From NCBI GenBank assembly GCA_031254995.1, contig JAIRTJ010000095.1, positions 1-30,745 on the forward strand: a stretch of 30,745 nt of DNA, given 5' to 3'. The notes beneath the pieces are model-generated. The model was not told the origin of the DNA. It did no database searches and saw only the letters and a program-made list of their open reading frames with translations. Below, piece after piece: positions 1 through 8,599 of the stretch (position 1 is the stretch's first letter; each line of letters begins with the position of its first letter). The position numbers were made by a program, and so were the translations under genes. Source of the stretch: Eubacteriales Family XIII. Incertae Sedis bacterium (lineage in GTDB: Bacteria; Bacillota; Clostridia; Peptostreptococcales; Anaerovoracaceae).

Positions 1-872
1 CAGCGGTGTCCGGACGACAGCCAACGGACGTCGTTCGCGATCTTCATCAAGTCCGCCGCGAGCGCTTTGAATGCTCCGTGCAGATGAACGAGACCGTCCT
101 TCGCCGTGAGCGCGTGAAACTTGTTCGGTGCGGTCGCAAACGCGTGCCCGGAGATCTCCGATATCTTTGAGGCCGCCGTTTTCGCGAAGTCGGGGTGCGT
201 ATTCAGTCCGGTTCCGACGGCGGTCCCGCCGAGCGCCAATTTTCGCACGGGATTCAGCGCGGCGCGAATCATATCGCCGGTCTCCGCGAGCATTTCCTCC
301 CACGCGCCGATCTCATGGCCCAAGCGCAAAGGCGTCGCGTCCTGCAAGTGCGTGCGACCTATCTTCACGATGTCCATGTATCGCTCGGACAATTCCGAAA
401 AGACATCGCGCAGATCGTCGACGGCGGGCAACAATTTTTCCTCCGTCGCGATGACCGCGGCGATATGCATAGCCGTCGGGAACGTATCGTTTGAGCTCTG
501 TCCCTTATTCGCATCGTCGTTCGGGTGGAGTCCCGTAAGACGCGCGACGACTTCGTTGACGTTCATATTGGTCTGCGTGCCGCTGCCCGTCTGCCATACG
601 GAAAGCGGGAATTCCTCATCCAACTTCCCTTCGATGATTTCGTCGCAAACGTCGGCGATAGCCGCAGCCTTCTCCGCGCTCAAAACGCCCAATTCCCCAT
701 TCGCGAGAGCCGCGGCTTTTTTGAGAATGCCGAAGGCGCGAATGATTTCGAGAGGCATCGTCTCCCAACCTATTTTAAATTGTTCGAGGCTTCTCTGCGT
801 TTGCGCGCCCCACAGTCTGTTCGCGGGGACGCTGATCTCGCCCATCGTGTCTCTTTCGATTCGGTATTCCAT
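1..872 (-). CDS. fumC: Class II fumarate hydratase, 3' end truncated by the window edge
   Basis: Hand translation from ATG at 872: MEYRIERDTMGEISVPANRLWGAQTQRS...WQTGSGTQTNMNVNEV...HPNDDANKGQSSNDTFPTAMH...KIGRTHLQDATP...LGGTAVGTGLN. These are FumC family motifs. Not in the ORF track because it runs off the edge. Confidence 0.93.
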   Translation of the reverse strand, partial: MEYRIERDTMGEISVPANRLWGAQTQRSLEQFKIGWETMPLEIIRAFGILKKAAALANGELGVLSAEKAAAIADVCDEIIEGKLDEEFPLSVWQTGSGTQTNMNVNEVVARLTGLHPNDDANKGQSSNDTFPTAMHIAAVIATEEKLLPAVDDLRDVFSELSERYMDIVKIGRTHLQDATPLRLGHEIGAWEEMLAETGDMIRAALNPVRKLALGGTAVGTGLNTHPDFAKTAASKISEISGHAFATAPNKFHALTAKDGLVHLHGAFKALAADLMKIANDVRWLSSGHR

Positions 873-877
873 CTTCG

Positions 878-2146
878 TCATCCGTCGCTTTCGTTCGTCG
901 ATCCGTCGGTCGCGCTTCGAGCCTCGTCGCCTGACTCGTCCCGCGATTGCGATTTCTCGGCAATCCCCGTATCGCACGGCGCGCTTTCGCTTGCCCTCCA
1001 CGCATCCGCGACGGCGTTCGCGACAGTCTCTGCGACATTCGGATGGAAGGCCGACGGGATCACGCAATTCTCCGAAAGCTCATCCGCTTTGACCAAATTC
1101 GCCAACGCGTAGGCGGCCGCGATCTTCATTTCTTCCGTGATGCGCGAGGCTCTCGCCTTTAGCGCGCCCTTGAAAATGCCGGGAAATGCCAATACATTAT
1201 TTATCTGATTTGGGAAATCCGAGCGACCCGTGCCCACGATTTTCGCCCCGGCGTCCTTCGCGGTCGCGGGCATGATCTCCGGTTCGGGATTTGCCATGGC
1301 GAAAATGACCGCGTCGGGCGCCATCGTTTTTATCATCTCTTCCGTGAGAGCTTTGGGCGCGGATACGCCGATGAATAGATCTCGACCGACCGCGGCTTCC
1401 GCGAGTCCTCCGCTCAAATTGTCTTTGTTTGTTATTCCGAGAAGATTCAACTTGTCCTCGGCGAGTTCCGAGAATCGATCCATGGAGATAATGCCCTTGC
1501 TGTCGCAAATCACGATGTCCGCGAGTCCCAACGCGCTAAGCATCTTCACGATGGCCGCGCCGGCCGCGCCCGCGCCGTTGACGACGGCCTTGATCGATTT
1601 CAGCCGCCTTTTCAGCAGGCGATAAGCGTTGATGACGGCTGCGCTGACCACGATCGCCGTCCCGTGTTGATCGTCGTGAAACACGGGAATGTCCAATGCC
1701 TCCTGTATGCGTCTCTCGATCTCAAAGCAACGCGGCGCTGAGATGTCCTCCAAGTTGATGCCGCCGAACGTCGGCGCGATGCGTATGACGGTCTCGACGA
1801 TTTCATCGGGATCCTGTGTGGACAGACAGATCGGGAAGGCGTCCACGTCGCCGAATTCCTTGAATAATACGGCTTTTCCCTCCATTACGGGCAGGGCGGC
1901 GAGACCGCCGATGTTTCCGAGTCCGAGGACCGCGGAGCCGTCGCTGACCACGGCGACGGTATTGGCCTTTATCGTAAGCTCATAAGCTTCGTCGGGATTT
2001 TTCTGTATTTCGATGCAGGGCTTGGCGACGCCGGGAGTATAGGCCGTGCTGAGATCGTCCGTCGTTCTGATGGGAACCTTGCTTGAGATCTCCAATTTCC
2101 CTCTGTGCGAACGATGCATCTTGACAGATTCATTGTAATAATCCAT
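878..2146 (-). CDS. NAD(P)-dependent malic enzyme (short type, no PTA domain)
   Basis: GGINLEDISAPRCFEIE, VFHDDQHGTAIV, NGAGAAG Rossmann motif, GRSDFPNQINN. GGAG Shine-Dalgarno (SD) upstream. Acidic C-terminal tail of about 35 aa. Confidence 0.93.
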   Translation of the reverse strand: MDYYNESVKMHRSHRGKLEISSKVPIRTTDDLSTAYTPGVAKPCIEIQKNPDEAYELTIKANTVAVVSDGSAVLGLGNIGGLAALPVMEGKAVLFKEFGDVDAFPICLSTQDPDEIVETVIRIAPTFGGINLEDISAPRCFEIERRIQEALDIPVFHDDQHGTAIVVSAAVINAYRLLKRRLKSIKAVVNGAGAAGAAIVKMLSALGLADIVICDSKGIISMDRFSELAEDKLNLLGITNKDNLSGGLAEAAVGRDLFIGVSAPKALTEEMIKTMAPDAVIFAMANPEPEIMPATAKDAGAKIVGTGRSDFPNQINNVLAFPGIFKGALKARASRITEEMKIAAAYALANLVKADELSENCVIPSAFHPNVAETVANAVADAWRASESAPCDTGIAEKSQSRDESGDEARSATDGSTNESDG

Positions 2147-2168
2147 ACGGTTCTCCGATTGTTCTGCG

Positions 2169-3857
2169 CTAGGCGGACGATCCTTTTTTCCACGAGCTTT
2201 TCAATCCGACGATTCGGTTGAACACCGTCTTTTCGCGCGGCGCATCGCCGTTTTCGGCGAGGGCATCCGTCGTTTGCTCGGTATCGACGACATAATAACC
2301 GTGTCTGAAAAATTGAAATCTTTCTCCGGGAGCGGCGTTTGCGACGGACGGTTCGGCGAAGCACAGACGCTCGCGCACGGAATCGGGATTGAACGTCTCC
2401 GTCCCCGATTCGTCCGCAATCATCAAACGCTCGTATTCCCTCACGATGATCGGCACAGCTGAGCTCGCCTCCACCCAATGAATCGTTCCTTTCACCTTTC
2501 GTCCCTCGAAGCCGCTGCCGCTCTTCGTATCGGGATCGTAGGAGCATAGCAGGGCTTTAACGGATCCGTCCTCGTTTTTCGCGACTTCTTCGCATGTGAT
2601 GCAATACGCGCCTTTGAGTCGGACTTCATTCCCGGGAAAGAGTCTGAAATACTTGGGCGGAGGCGTTTCTTCGAAATCCGCGCCGTCGATGTACAGTTCG
2701 CGACCGAAGGGAACCGTTCTCTCGCCCAAGTCCGGCGCTTCGCGATTGTTTTCCATCTTCACCTGTTCCCGCTCTTCCTCGGGATAGTTAACGATTATCG
2801 CTTTTATGGGATCGAAGACGACGTTTCGCATCTCGGTTTTCGATTTCAGGTCGTTCCTTACGCAATGATCCAAGAATTCGATGTCCACCGTGCTGTTCGA
2901 TTTCGAAATGCCGATTTGTTCGCAAAAATCCCGAATGGCCGCCGGCGTAAAGCCTCGTCGTCGCAGTCCCGCGACGGTGGGCATGCGCGGGTCGTCCCAG
3001 CCTTCCGTCAACCCTGAGTCAACCAACTCCTTCAGATATCGCTTGCTCATGACCGTGTTCGTGAGATTGAGGCGCGCGAACTCGATTTGGCGAGGAGGTC
3101 GGGGCCATTCCAACGTCTCCAAGACCCAGTCGTACAGAGGCCGATGGTCCTCGAATTCCAAGGTGCAGAGGGAATGCGTGACGCCCTCGATGGCGTCCTC
3201 CAAGGGGTGAGCAAAGTCATACATGGGATATACGCACCACAGGTCGCCCGTGTTGTGGTGTTTGTTGCGGGAAATGCGATAGATCACGGGATCGCGCATG
3301 TTGATATTGGGCGATGCCATATCGATCTTCGCGCGCAGGACCTTTTCCCCGTCCGCGTATTTACCCGCTCTCATCTCTTCGAAGAGTTTTCGATTTTCCT
3401 CCGCGGAGCGATTTCTGTACGGGCTTTCCCTGCCAGGCTCCGTTAGGGCGCCGCGCATATCCCGAATCTCGTCCGCGCTCAGATCGTCCACGAACGCCTT
3501 GTCCTTTTCGATCAGCCGAATCGCGCACGCGTACATCTCTTCGAAATAATCGGAAGCGAAAAACAGTCCGTCCCAGGAGAAGCCCAGCCATTCCACATCT
3601 TCCTTGATGGAATCCACGTACTCCGTCTCCTCTTTGACTGGATTCGTGTCGTCAAAGCGCAGATTGCACGTGCCGCCGTATTTTTCGGCGGTGGTGAAAT
3701 TCAGACAGATGGATTTCGCGTGGCCGATGTGCAGATAACCGTTCGGCTCGGGCGGAAAACGCGTGCAAACGGGTCTGTCCGCGTATCTGCCCTCGGCGAT
3801 GTCCTCGTCTATGAAATTGTGAATGAAATTCGCCTCCGTCTTTTTCGTGTTCTCCAA
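2169..3857 (-). CDS. glnS: Glutamine--tRNA ligase (class I)
   Basis: [18 protein letters not shown] (HIGH), [17 protein letters not shown] (KMSKS-like), [12 protein letters not shown] start with AGGAG SD. Confidence 0.95.
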   Translation of the reverse strand: MENTKKTEANFIHNFIDEDIAEGRYADRPVCTRFPPEPNGYLHIGHAKSICLNFTTAEKYGGTCNLRFDDTNPVKEETEYVDSIKEDVEWLGFSWDGLFFASDYFEEMYACAIRLIEKDKAFVDDLSADEIRDMRGALTEPGRESPYRNRSAEENRKLFEEMRAGKYADGEKVLRAKIDMASPNINMRDPVIYRISRNKHHNTGDLWCVYPMYDFAHPLEDAIEGVTHSLCTLEFEDHRPLYDWVLETLEWPRPPRQIEFARLNLTNTVMSKRYLKELVDSGLTEGWDDPRMPTVAGLRRRGFTPAAIRDFCEQIGISKSNSTVDIEFLDHCVRNDLKSKTEMRNVVFDPIKAIIVNYPEEEREQVKMENNREAPDLGERTVPFGRELYIDGADFEETPPPKYFRLFPGNEVRLKGAYCITCEEVAKNEDGSVKALLCSYDPDTKSGSGFEGRKVKGTIHWVEASSAVPIIVREYERLMIADESGTETFNPDSVRERLCFAEPSVANAAPGERFQFFRHGYYVVDTEQTTDALAENGDAPREKTVFNRIVGLKSSWKKGSSA

Positions 3858-3888
3858 CAGCGTTCTCCTGTCCTTTCGCCCGCGCGTT

Positions 3889-4584
3889 CTATTCGTCCAA
3901 GCCCTTCATGTGCTCGCATTTCAAATGCGTCGCGTCGCAGAACGGAAGATTTCGCGATTCGCCGCAGCGACAGAGCGTGCGTCTGTTCCGAACTTCGTAT
4001 GTACTGCCGTCCGCGCTTTCGAGCATGACGCCTCCCTTGACGAAAAGCGGCCCTTTGACATCGTAATAGAGATCCTCGACGGGACAAATTTCCTGCGGCA
4101 ACTCCTTTTCGACCTCCGCGCCGTTTTTTCGGACGGTCAGTCTTCCTGACGGACAATCGCAGGCTTCCCTCGTCGCGATTTCCTCTCTCTCCGGATGCGC
4201 CTCGCTCGACTGCATGATCATCTGCCATGCGTTTATCACGTCGCAAAACCGGGCGACCGCGCACAATTCCTGCCGATCCAGCATATCCGCCGTCTCGCCT
4301 TCGAAAACCCTTGCTGCTTCGGCATAAGGAGCGCGGCTCGCGGTTTCCTTGCCTTTCCAACCGATGGAGGCATGCGTCCCGTCGCAGAACGGTTTGTTCT
4401 TCGAGCGTCCGCAACGGCACAGCGCATAGGGTTTTCCTTCCGTGTCGTAGGCGCGACCCTCTCCCCAAGCGACGCTGTTGCCCTGTTCGTCCTGCTCAAT
4501 GACAGCTTGCTTCAACGGCACATCTCCCGTAACGATATAGGGGCCGTCTTCCGTGATCTTGATCTTCGGGGAATTCTTGTCCAT
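3889..4584 (-). CDS. CDGSH iron-sulfur domain protein: two CDGSH motifs flanking a central Cys-containing, divergent ferredoxin-like segment
   Basis: [17 protein letters not shown] and [17 protein letters not shown]; central LCAVARFC...CDCPSGRL. Start moved to ATG 4584 because GGAGG lies just upstream. Confidence 0.88.
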   Translation of the reverse strand: MDKNSPKIKITEDGPYIVTGDVPLKQAVIEQDEQGNSVAWGEGRAYDTEGKPYALCRCGRSKNKPFCDGTHASIGWKGKETASRAPYAEAARVFEGETADMLDRQELCAVARFCDVINAWQMIMQSSEAHPEREEIATREACDCPSGRLTVRKNGAEVEKELPQEICPVEDLYYDVKGPLFVKGGVMLESADGSTYEVRNRRTLCRCGESRNLPFCDATHLKCEHMKGLDE

Positions 4585-4698
4585 TTTCGCCTCCCTCTCC
4601 GCTAACGCGCGGAACGCTTGTTCGCTCTGCCGTCCCGTCCTCGACGCGAACGACGCTCGGAATGAATCGAACATGTCAATATACAACAACCAAGCGCT

Positions 4699-4727
4699 AT
4701 TTTACTATTTTTTTGCCCCAATTTCAA
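4699..4727 (-). promoter_or_regulatory. Sigma70/SigA-type promoter for the CDGSH-glnS-mae-fumC cluster
   Basis: Minus strand TTGAAA-N17-TAAAAT. Confidence 0.6.
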
Positions 4728-5040
4728 CTCTTGCGCCGCAAGTGCGCGAAAAACCCTTGCACTCAAGTGAAATATGCGATGCCATGGCGCGAAAAGGGCG
4801 AACTCTGAGGCGAGAGTTTCGGTTGAGAAGCTTCGCTTTTGTCGCAAATATGCGAATATCGTCGCAAATTCGTCACACCCGTGAGCGGTTATTCCCGCGC
4901 CCGAATTGCGCGCGCTTAGCGGATTTTCGTCTGCGCGAATACAGGGAATGGGGCGATTTCGTTAGAAAAGGGGGCTTGCTCGAAATGTCGGATGCTCGCG
5001 TTTTGCACTATTGTACGAAAATTTCGAAAAATATCGATTT

Positions 5041-5056
5041 TGGCACGATATTTGAA
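5041..5056 (+). promoter_or_regulatory. Candidate sigma54 (-24/-12) promoter of patA
   Basis: TGGCACG-ATAT-TTGAA versus consensus TGGCACG-N4-TTGCW: correct GG-N10-G spacing, with GA instead of GC at -12. Confidence 0.55.
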
Positions 5057-5111
5057 TTACAGATAATCGGTTTCGTTACAATATGTTTACGGTTATATGG
5101 GAGGTATATCC

Positions 5112-6473
5112 ATGACGAAAACAGATAAAGCATTGGCATTGAAGGAAGCCCGCAAGGTTGTGGACTTCATTGAAAAGGGATCCCTTACGGATGCCGAAAA
5201 AAAGCAGATTCACGATGAATCCATCTCGAATTTCAACGAAAACGTCAATCCGGGTTGGCTCGAATACAGAAAATCCGTATCCACGGACGCAGCTTTTATC
5301 GAGTGGACGGATTCGGTCGATCACTTTGAGGACTTGAACGGCGTGCAGTTTATCGACTGCCTCGGAGGCTTCGGCATCTACACCTGCGGTCACAGAAATC
5401 CGGAGATCTTGAAAACCGTTCAAGCGCAACTTTCCAGATACGCGCTCCATTCGCAGGAATTGATCGACCCGTTGCGCGGATATCTCGCGAGGCTGACGGC
5501 GCTCATCACCCCCGGCGATCTGCAGTACTGCTTCTTTACGAACGGCGGCGCGGAAGCGGTGGAGATGGCGTTGAAATTGGCTCGTCTGGCGACGGGCGGC
5601 CGGTGGTACATCTCGACCGTCGGCGCGTTCCACGGCAAATCCATGGGCGCGATCTCAATGGGAGGCAAAGGCGCGTATCGCGAGGACTACGTTCCGATGA
5701 TTCAGCAGGTGCAACATGTCGAGTACGGCAACGCCGACGCGATGGAAGCCGCGATCAAGAATCTTCAGACCGTCGGCGAAAAGGTCGCGGGCGTCATCAT
5801 CGAGCCGATTCAGGGAGAAGCGGGCGTCGTCATTCCGCCTGACGGTTATCTGACCGCCGTCAGAAATATCTGCGACAAATACGGCGCAGCTATGATCGTA
5901 GACGAGATACAGACAGGCATGGGTCGCACGGGAACTCTCTGGAGATGCGAAACGGAAGACATCACGCCCGACATCATGACCTACGGCAAGGCCTACGGCG
6001 GCGGCATCATGCCGATCACGGGCATCATCGCGAGACCCAATATGTGGGTGGACAAGCTCATCGACAATCCGTGGATACTCGGCTCGCCGACATTCGGCGG
6101 GAATCCGCTCGCATGTTCCGCGGCGATCGCCACCATCAAATTCATGCTCGAAAACGACATTCCCAAGGTGTGCAAGGAAAAGGGCGAGTTCTTCATGAAG
6201 AAATTGGGAGAATTGCAGAAGAAATATCCCACGGTACTCCGCTCGTTCCGAGGCGCGGGTCTGCTAATATGCATGGAATTTCCGGAAGCGGAAGTGGGCT
6301 ATTCGGTCACGAAAAACCTGTTCGAACGTCGCGTCATGACCGCTGGAACCTTGGTCAACGCAAAGACCGTTCGCATAGAGCCGCCCGCCGTGCTTTCCGA
6401 CGAGAGCATAGGGAAGGTGATTCAAGCCTTGGACGAATCGTTTGCATCCGTCAAGAAGGAATACAATCTGTAG
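5112..6473 (+). CDS. patA: Putrescine aminotransferase (class III PLP enzyme)
   Basis: NVNPGWLEYRKSV, FIDCLGGFGI, HSQELIDPLR, FHGKSMGA, EPIQGEAG, DEIQTGMGRTG, GKAYGGG (PLP lysine), AGTLVNAKTVRIEPP. These closely follow E. coli PatA as recalled. ATG 5112 has a GGAGGT SD. Confidence 0.88.
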   Translation: MTKTDKALALKEARKVVDFIEKGSLTDAEKKQIHDESISNFNENVNPGWLEYRKSVSTDAAFIEWTDSVDHFEDLNGVQFIDCLGGFGIYTCGHRNPEILKTVQAQLSRYALHSQELIDPLRGYLARLTALITPGDLQYCFFTNGGAEAVEMALKLARLATGGRWYISTVGAFHGKSMGAISMGGKGAYREDYVPMIQQVQHVEYGNADAMEAAIKNLQTVGEKVAGVIIEPIQGEAGVVIPPDGYLTAVRNICDKYGAAMIVDEIQTGMGRTGTLWRCETEDITPDIMTYGKAYGGGIMPITGIIARPNMWVDKLIDNPWILGSPTFGGNPLACSAAIATIKFMLENDIPKVCKEKGEFFMKKLGELQKKYPTVLRSFRGAGLLICMEFPEAEVGYSVTKNLFERRVMTAGTLVNAKTVRIEPPAVLSDESIGKVIQALDESFASVKKEYNL

Positions 6474-6511
6474 AATTCGAAAACCGCCGAGAGATCGAGC
6501 GGAATCGGGAC

Positions 6512-6547
6512 GAAGAGGGGCGGTTGACATGCTCCTCTTCATTTTTT
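6512..6547 (+). terminator. Intrinsic terminator after patA
   Basis: Stem GAAGAGGGGC / GCTCCTCTTC (one G-U pair), 9-nt loop, followed by ATTTTTT. Confidence 0.8.
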
Positions 6548-6565
6548 CGGCCTCGAAAAAAACTC

Positions 6566-6594
6566 TTGTAAAGTCGGTAAGCATATGATAACAT
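6566..6594 (+). promoter_or_regulatory. Promoter/operator copy 1 upstream of the ABC transporter
   Basis: TTGTAA-N17-TAACAT with extended -10 TG. Contains the degenerate palindrome GTAAGCATATGATAAC (6577-6592). Confidence 0.6.
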
Positions 6595-6623
6595 CATATC
6601 AGTCGGCGCGCGCCGGCGTTTAT

Positions 6624-6652
6624 TTGATTCTGTAGTTAGCATATGCTAACAA
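6624..6652 (+). promoter_or_regulatory. Promoter/operator copy 2 upstream of the ABC transporter
   Basis: TTGATT-N17-TAACAA with extended -10 TG. Contains the perfect 16-bp palindrome GTTAGCATATGCTAAC (6635-6650). Confidence 0.65.
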
Positions 6653-6745
6653 ATGTATTTCCGGTCGCTCGCTATATCGAACGACGCGGCGATGAAAGGG
6701 ATGCGCGAGAAATGATCGCGTTTATCGAGAATTACGGAGGGAATC

Positions 6746-8599
6746 ATGAATAAAACGAAGAAAAACCGAGAACGGCCCAAGACGGGATTTGCGAGACTCT
6801 TTGAAATAGCCATGATGAAGAAGCCTCTCATCATCGGTTCGATCATACTGTCCGTTTTGGCGGCGGTCATAGGTTTCGTGCCTTACGTCGCGATCTATTT
6901 CATCATAAAAAGCGTCATCGAGGCATTGCCTGACTTGTCCGGGGCGGATGGCGCGTATATCGTACGGTGGGGTTGGATCGCCTTTGGCGGCGCGGTCGGG
7001 AACATTCTCGTGTATTTCGCGGCGCTCATGCTTTCGCACCTCGCGGCGTTCGGAACCCTCTACAAGCTAAAGGTTGATTTCGCCTCGCATTTGGCGCGCG
7101 TGCCGTTGGGATTGCACGTACTCATCGGCAGCGGAAAGCTGCGCAAAATTACGGACGAAAACATAGAAAAGATCGAGGGATTCATCGCCCATCAGTTGCC
7201 GGATCTCGCGGCTGCGGCCGCGGCGCCTGTTCCGCTGTTCGCGATGCTTTTCGCCGTGGATTGGCGCTTCGGGTTGGCTTCCGCTCTGGGCGTCGTCGTA
7301 GGGCTTGTCATGTATTCGTACATGACTCGCATGATGGGAAGCGATGGCGCGCAGGCGAATATGGATCGTTATCAGAGGGCGATGGAGGATATGAACAACG
7401 CCACTGTGGAATACATCCGCGGCATATCCGTAGTCAAGGCATTTCGCCAAACCGTCTATTCGTTTCGACGGCTGTACGACTCCATCAAAAAATATACGAA
7501 GTGGATTCTCGAATTCACGCTGAAGATGAAAAACAGCTATGCCGCCGCCATAACCGTCGTGCAGAGCATATTCCTGTTCATCATGCCCGTCGCCGTACTC
7601 GTCGGCATGCGCGTCGCGCAGGAGGACGCGGACGCTTTCCCCGCGTTTGTCACTACCGTCCTCTTCTATTTAATCTTGACGCAATCAGTGGGCGGCGTCG
7701 TGCTGAAAGTCATCTACGCGAGCGGAACGATGATGCAACTCACCGGCCACGCGGAGGCAATGGACGCCGTGCTCGCGGAGCCGGAGCTTTCCGTTCGTCC
7801 CGATCCGAAGCCCATAAATTCGCACGATGTGACCTTTGACGACGTGACGTTTTCCTATGACAAGGAAAATGAGATCGAGGCGCTGTCGGGCGTATCGTTC
7901 ACGGCGAAACAGGGTGAGGTGACTGCCATCGTAGGGCCGTCGGGCGGGGGCAAATCCACCATCGCGCACCTGATCCCCCGATTTTTCGACGTGAGCGGCG
8001 GCGCTGTGCGAATCGGCGATACGGATGTGTGCGACGCGGATCCCCACGCTTTGATGGACAATGTGAGCTTCGTCTTTCAAGACGTGTACCTCTTCAAACA
8101 GAGCGTGATGGACAATATCCGCATGGGCGATCCGTCCGCGTCCGACGAGCGCGTATATGAGGCGGCGCGAGACGCGCAGTGCACGGCTTTCGTCGAGAAG
8201 TTGCCGCAGGGCTTTCAAACGGTCATCGGCACGAAGGGCATACATCTTTCGGGCGGCGAGCGTCAGCGCTTGGCTATTGCGCGCGCCATCGTGAAGGATT
8301 CGCCCATCGTCGTACTCGATGAGGCGACGGCGTTTTCCGATCCGGAGAACGAGTATCTGATCCAACTGGCTTTCGAGAGGCTTATGAAAAACAAGACCGT
8401 CGTCATGATCGCGCACAGACTCTCTTCGGTGCGCGGAGCGGATAGGATCATCGTGGTAGACGGAGGACGAGTCGCGCAGAGCGGGACGCACGATAAGTTG
8501 TTGGAACAAGGCGGGAAATACGGAGATATGTGGAAGGTATATACGGAGACGTCGAGTTGGCGTATGTCCGCGGCAAAAGGAGGAATTGACAATGAGTAA
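6746..8599 (+). CDS. ABC transporter fused permease/ATPase, subunit A (type IV fold, YbtP/IrtA-like)
   Basis: N-terminal TM domain; Walker A GPSGGGKST, LSGGERQ signature, Walker B VVLDEAT, H-loop IAHRL; GGAGG SD. Confidence 0.92.
   Translation: MNKTKKNRERPKTGFARLFEIAMMKKPLIIGSIILSVLAAVIGFVPYVAIYFIIKSVIEALPDLSGADGAYIVRWGWIAFGGAVGNILVYFAALMLSHLAAFGTLYKLKVDFASHLARVPLGLHVLIGSGKLRKITDENIEKIEGFIAHQLPDLAAAAAAPVPLFAMLFAVDWRFGLASALGVVVGLVMYSYMTRMMGSDGAQANMDRYQRAMEDMNNATVEYIRGISVVKAFRQTVYSFRRLYDSIKKYTKWILEFTLKMKNSYAAAITVVQSIFLFIMPVAVLVGMRVAQEDADAFPAFVTTVLFYLILTQSVGGVVLKVIYASGTMMQLTGHAEAMDAVLAEPELSVRPDPKPINSHDVTFDDVTFSYDKENEIEALSGVSFTAKQGEVTAIVGPSGGGKSTIAHLIPRFFDVSGGAVRIGDTDVCDADPHALMDNVSFVFQDVYLFKQSVMDNIRMGDPSASDERVYEAARDAQCTAFVEKLPQGFQTVIGTKGIHLSGGERQRLAIARAIVKDSPIVVLDEATAFSDPENEYLIQLAFERLMKNKTVVMIAHRLSSVRGADRIIVVDGGRVAQSGTHDKLLEQGGKYGDMWKVYTETSSWRMSAAKGGIDNE

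Noticed and set aside
1-20. FumC reads SSGHRC where the family usually has ASGPRC
   Set aside because: A single substitution at the window edge, and the catalytic GSSxMPxKxN signature lies outside the window, so nothing can be concluded.
121-1092. 323-aa plus-strand ORF and other long plus-strand ORFs over fumC/mae
   Set aside because: Antisense shadows of the real minus-strand genes; no family motifs and no RBS.
4668-4681. LexA-like site CGAAC-ATGT-CAAT in the CDGSH leader
   Set aside because: Only the left half-site matches; the GTTC arm is absent.
3858-4692. T-box leader expected for an aminoacyl-tRNA synthetase gene (glnS)
   Set aside because: No GGTGGNACCGCG T-box sequence or Stem I features in either the 31-nt gap or the CDGSH leader.
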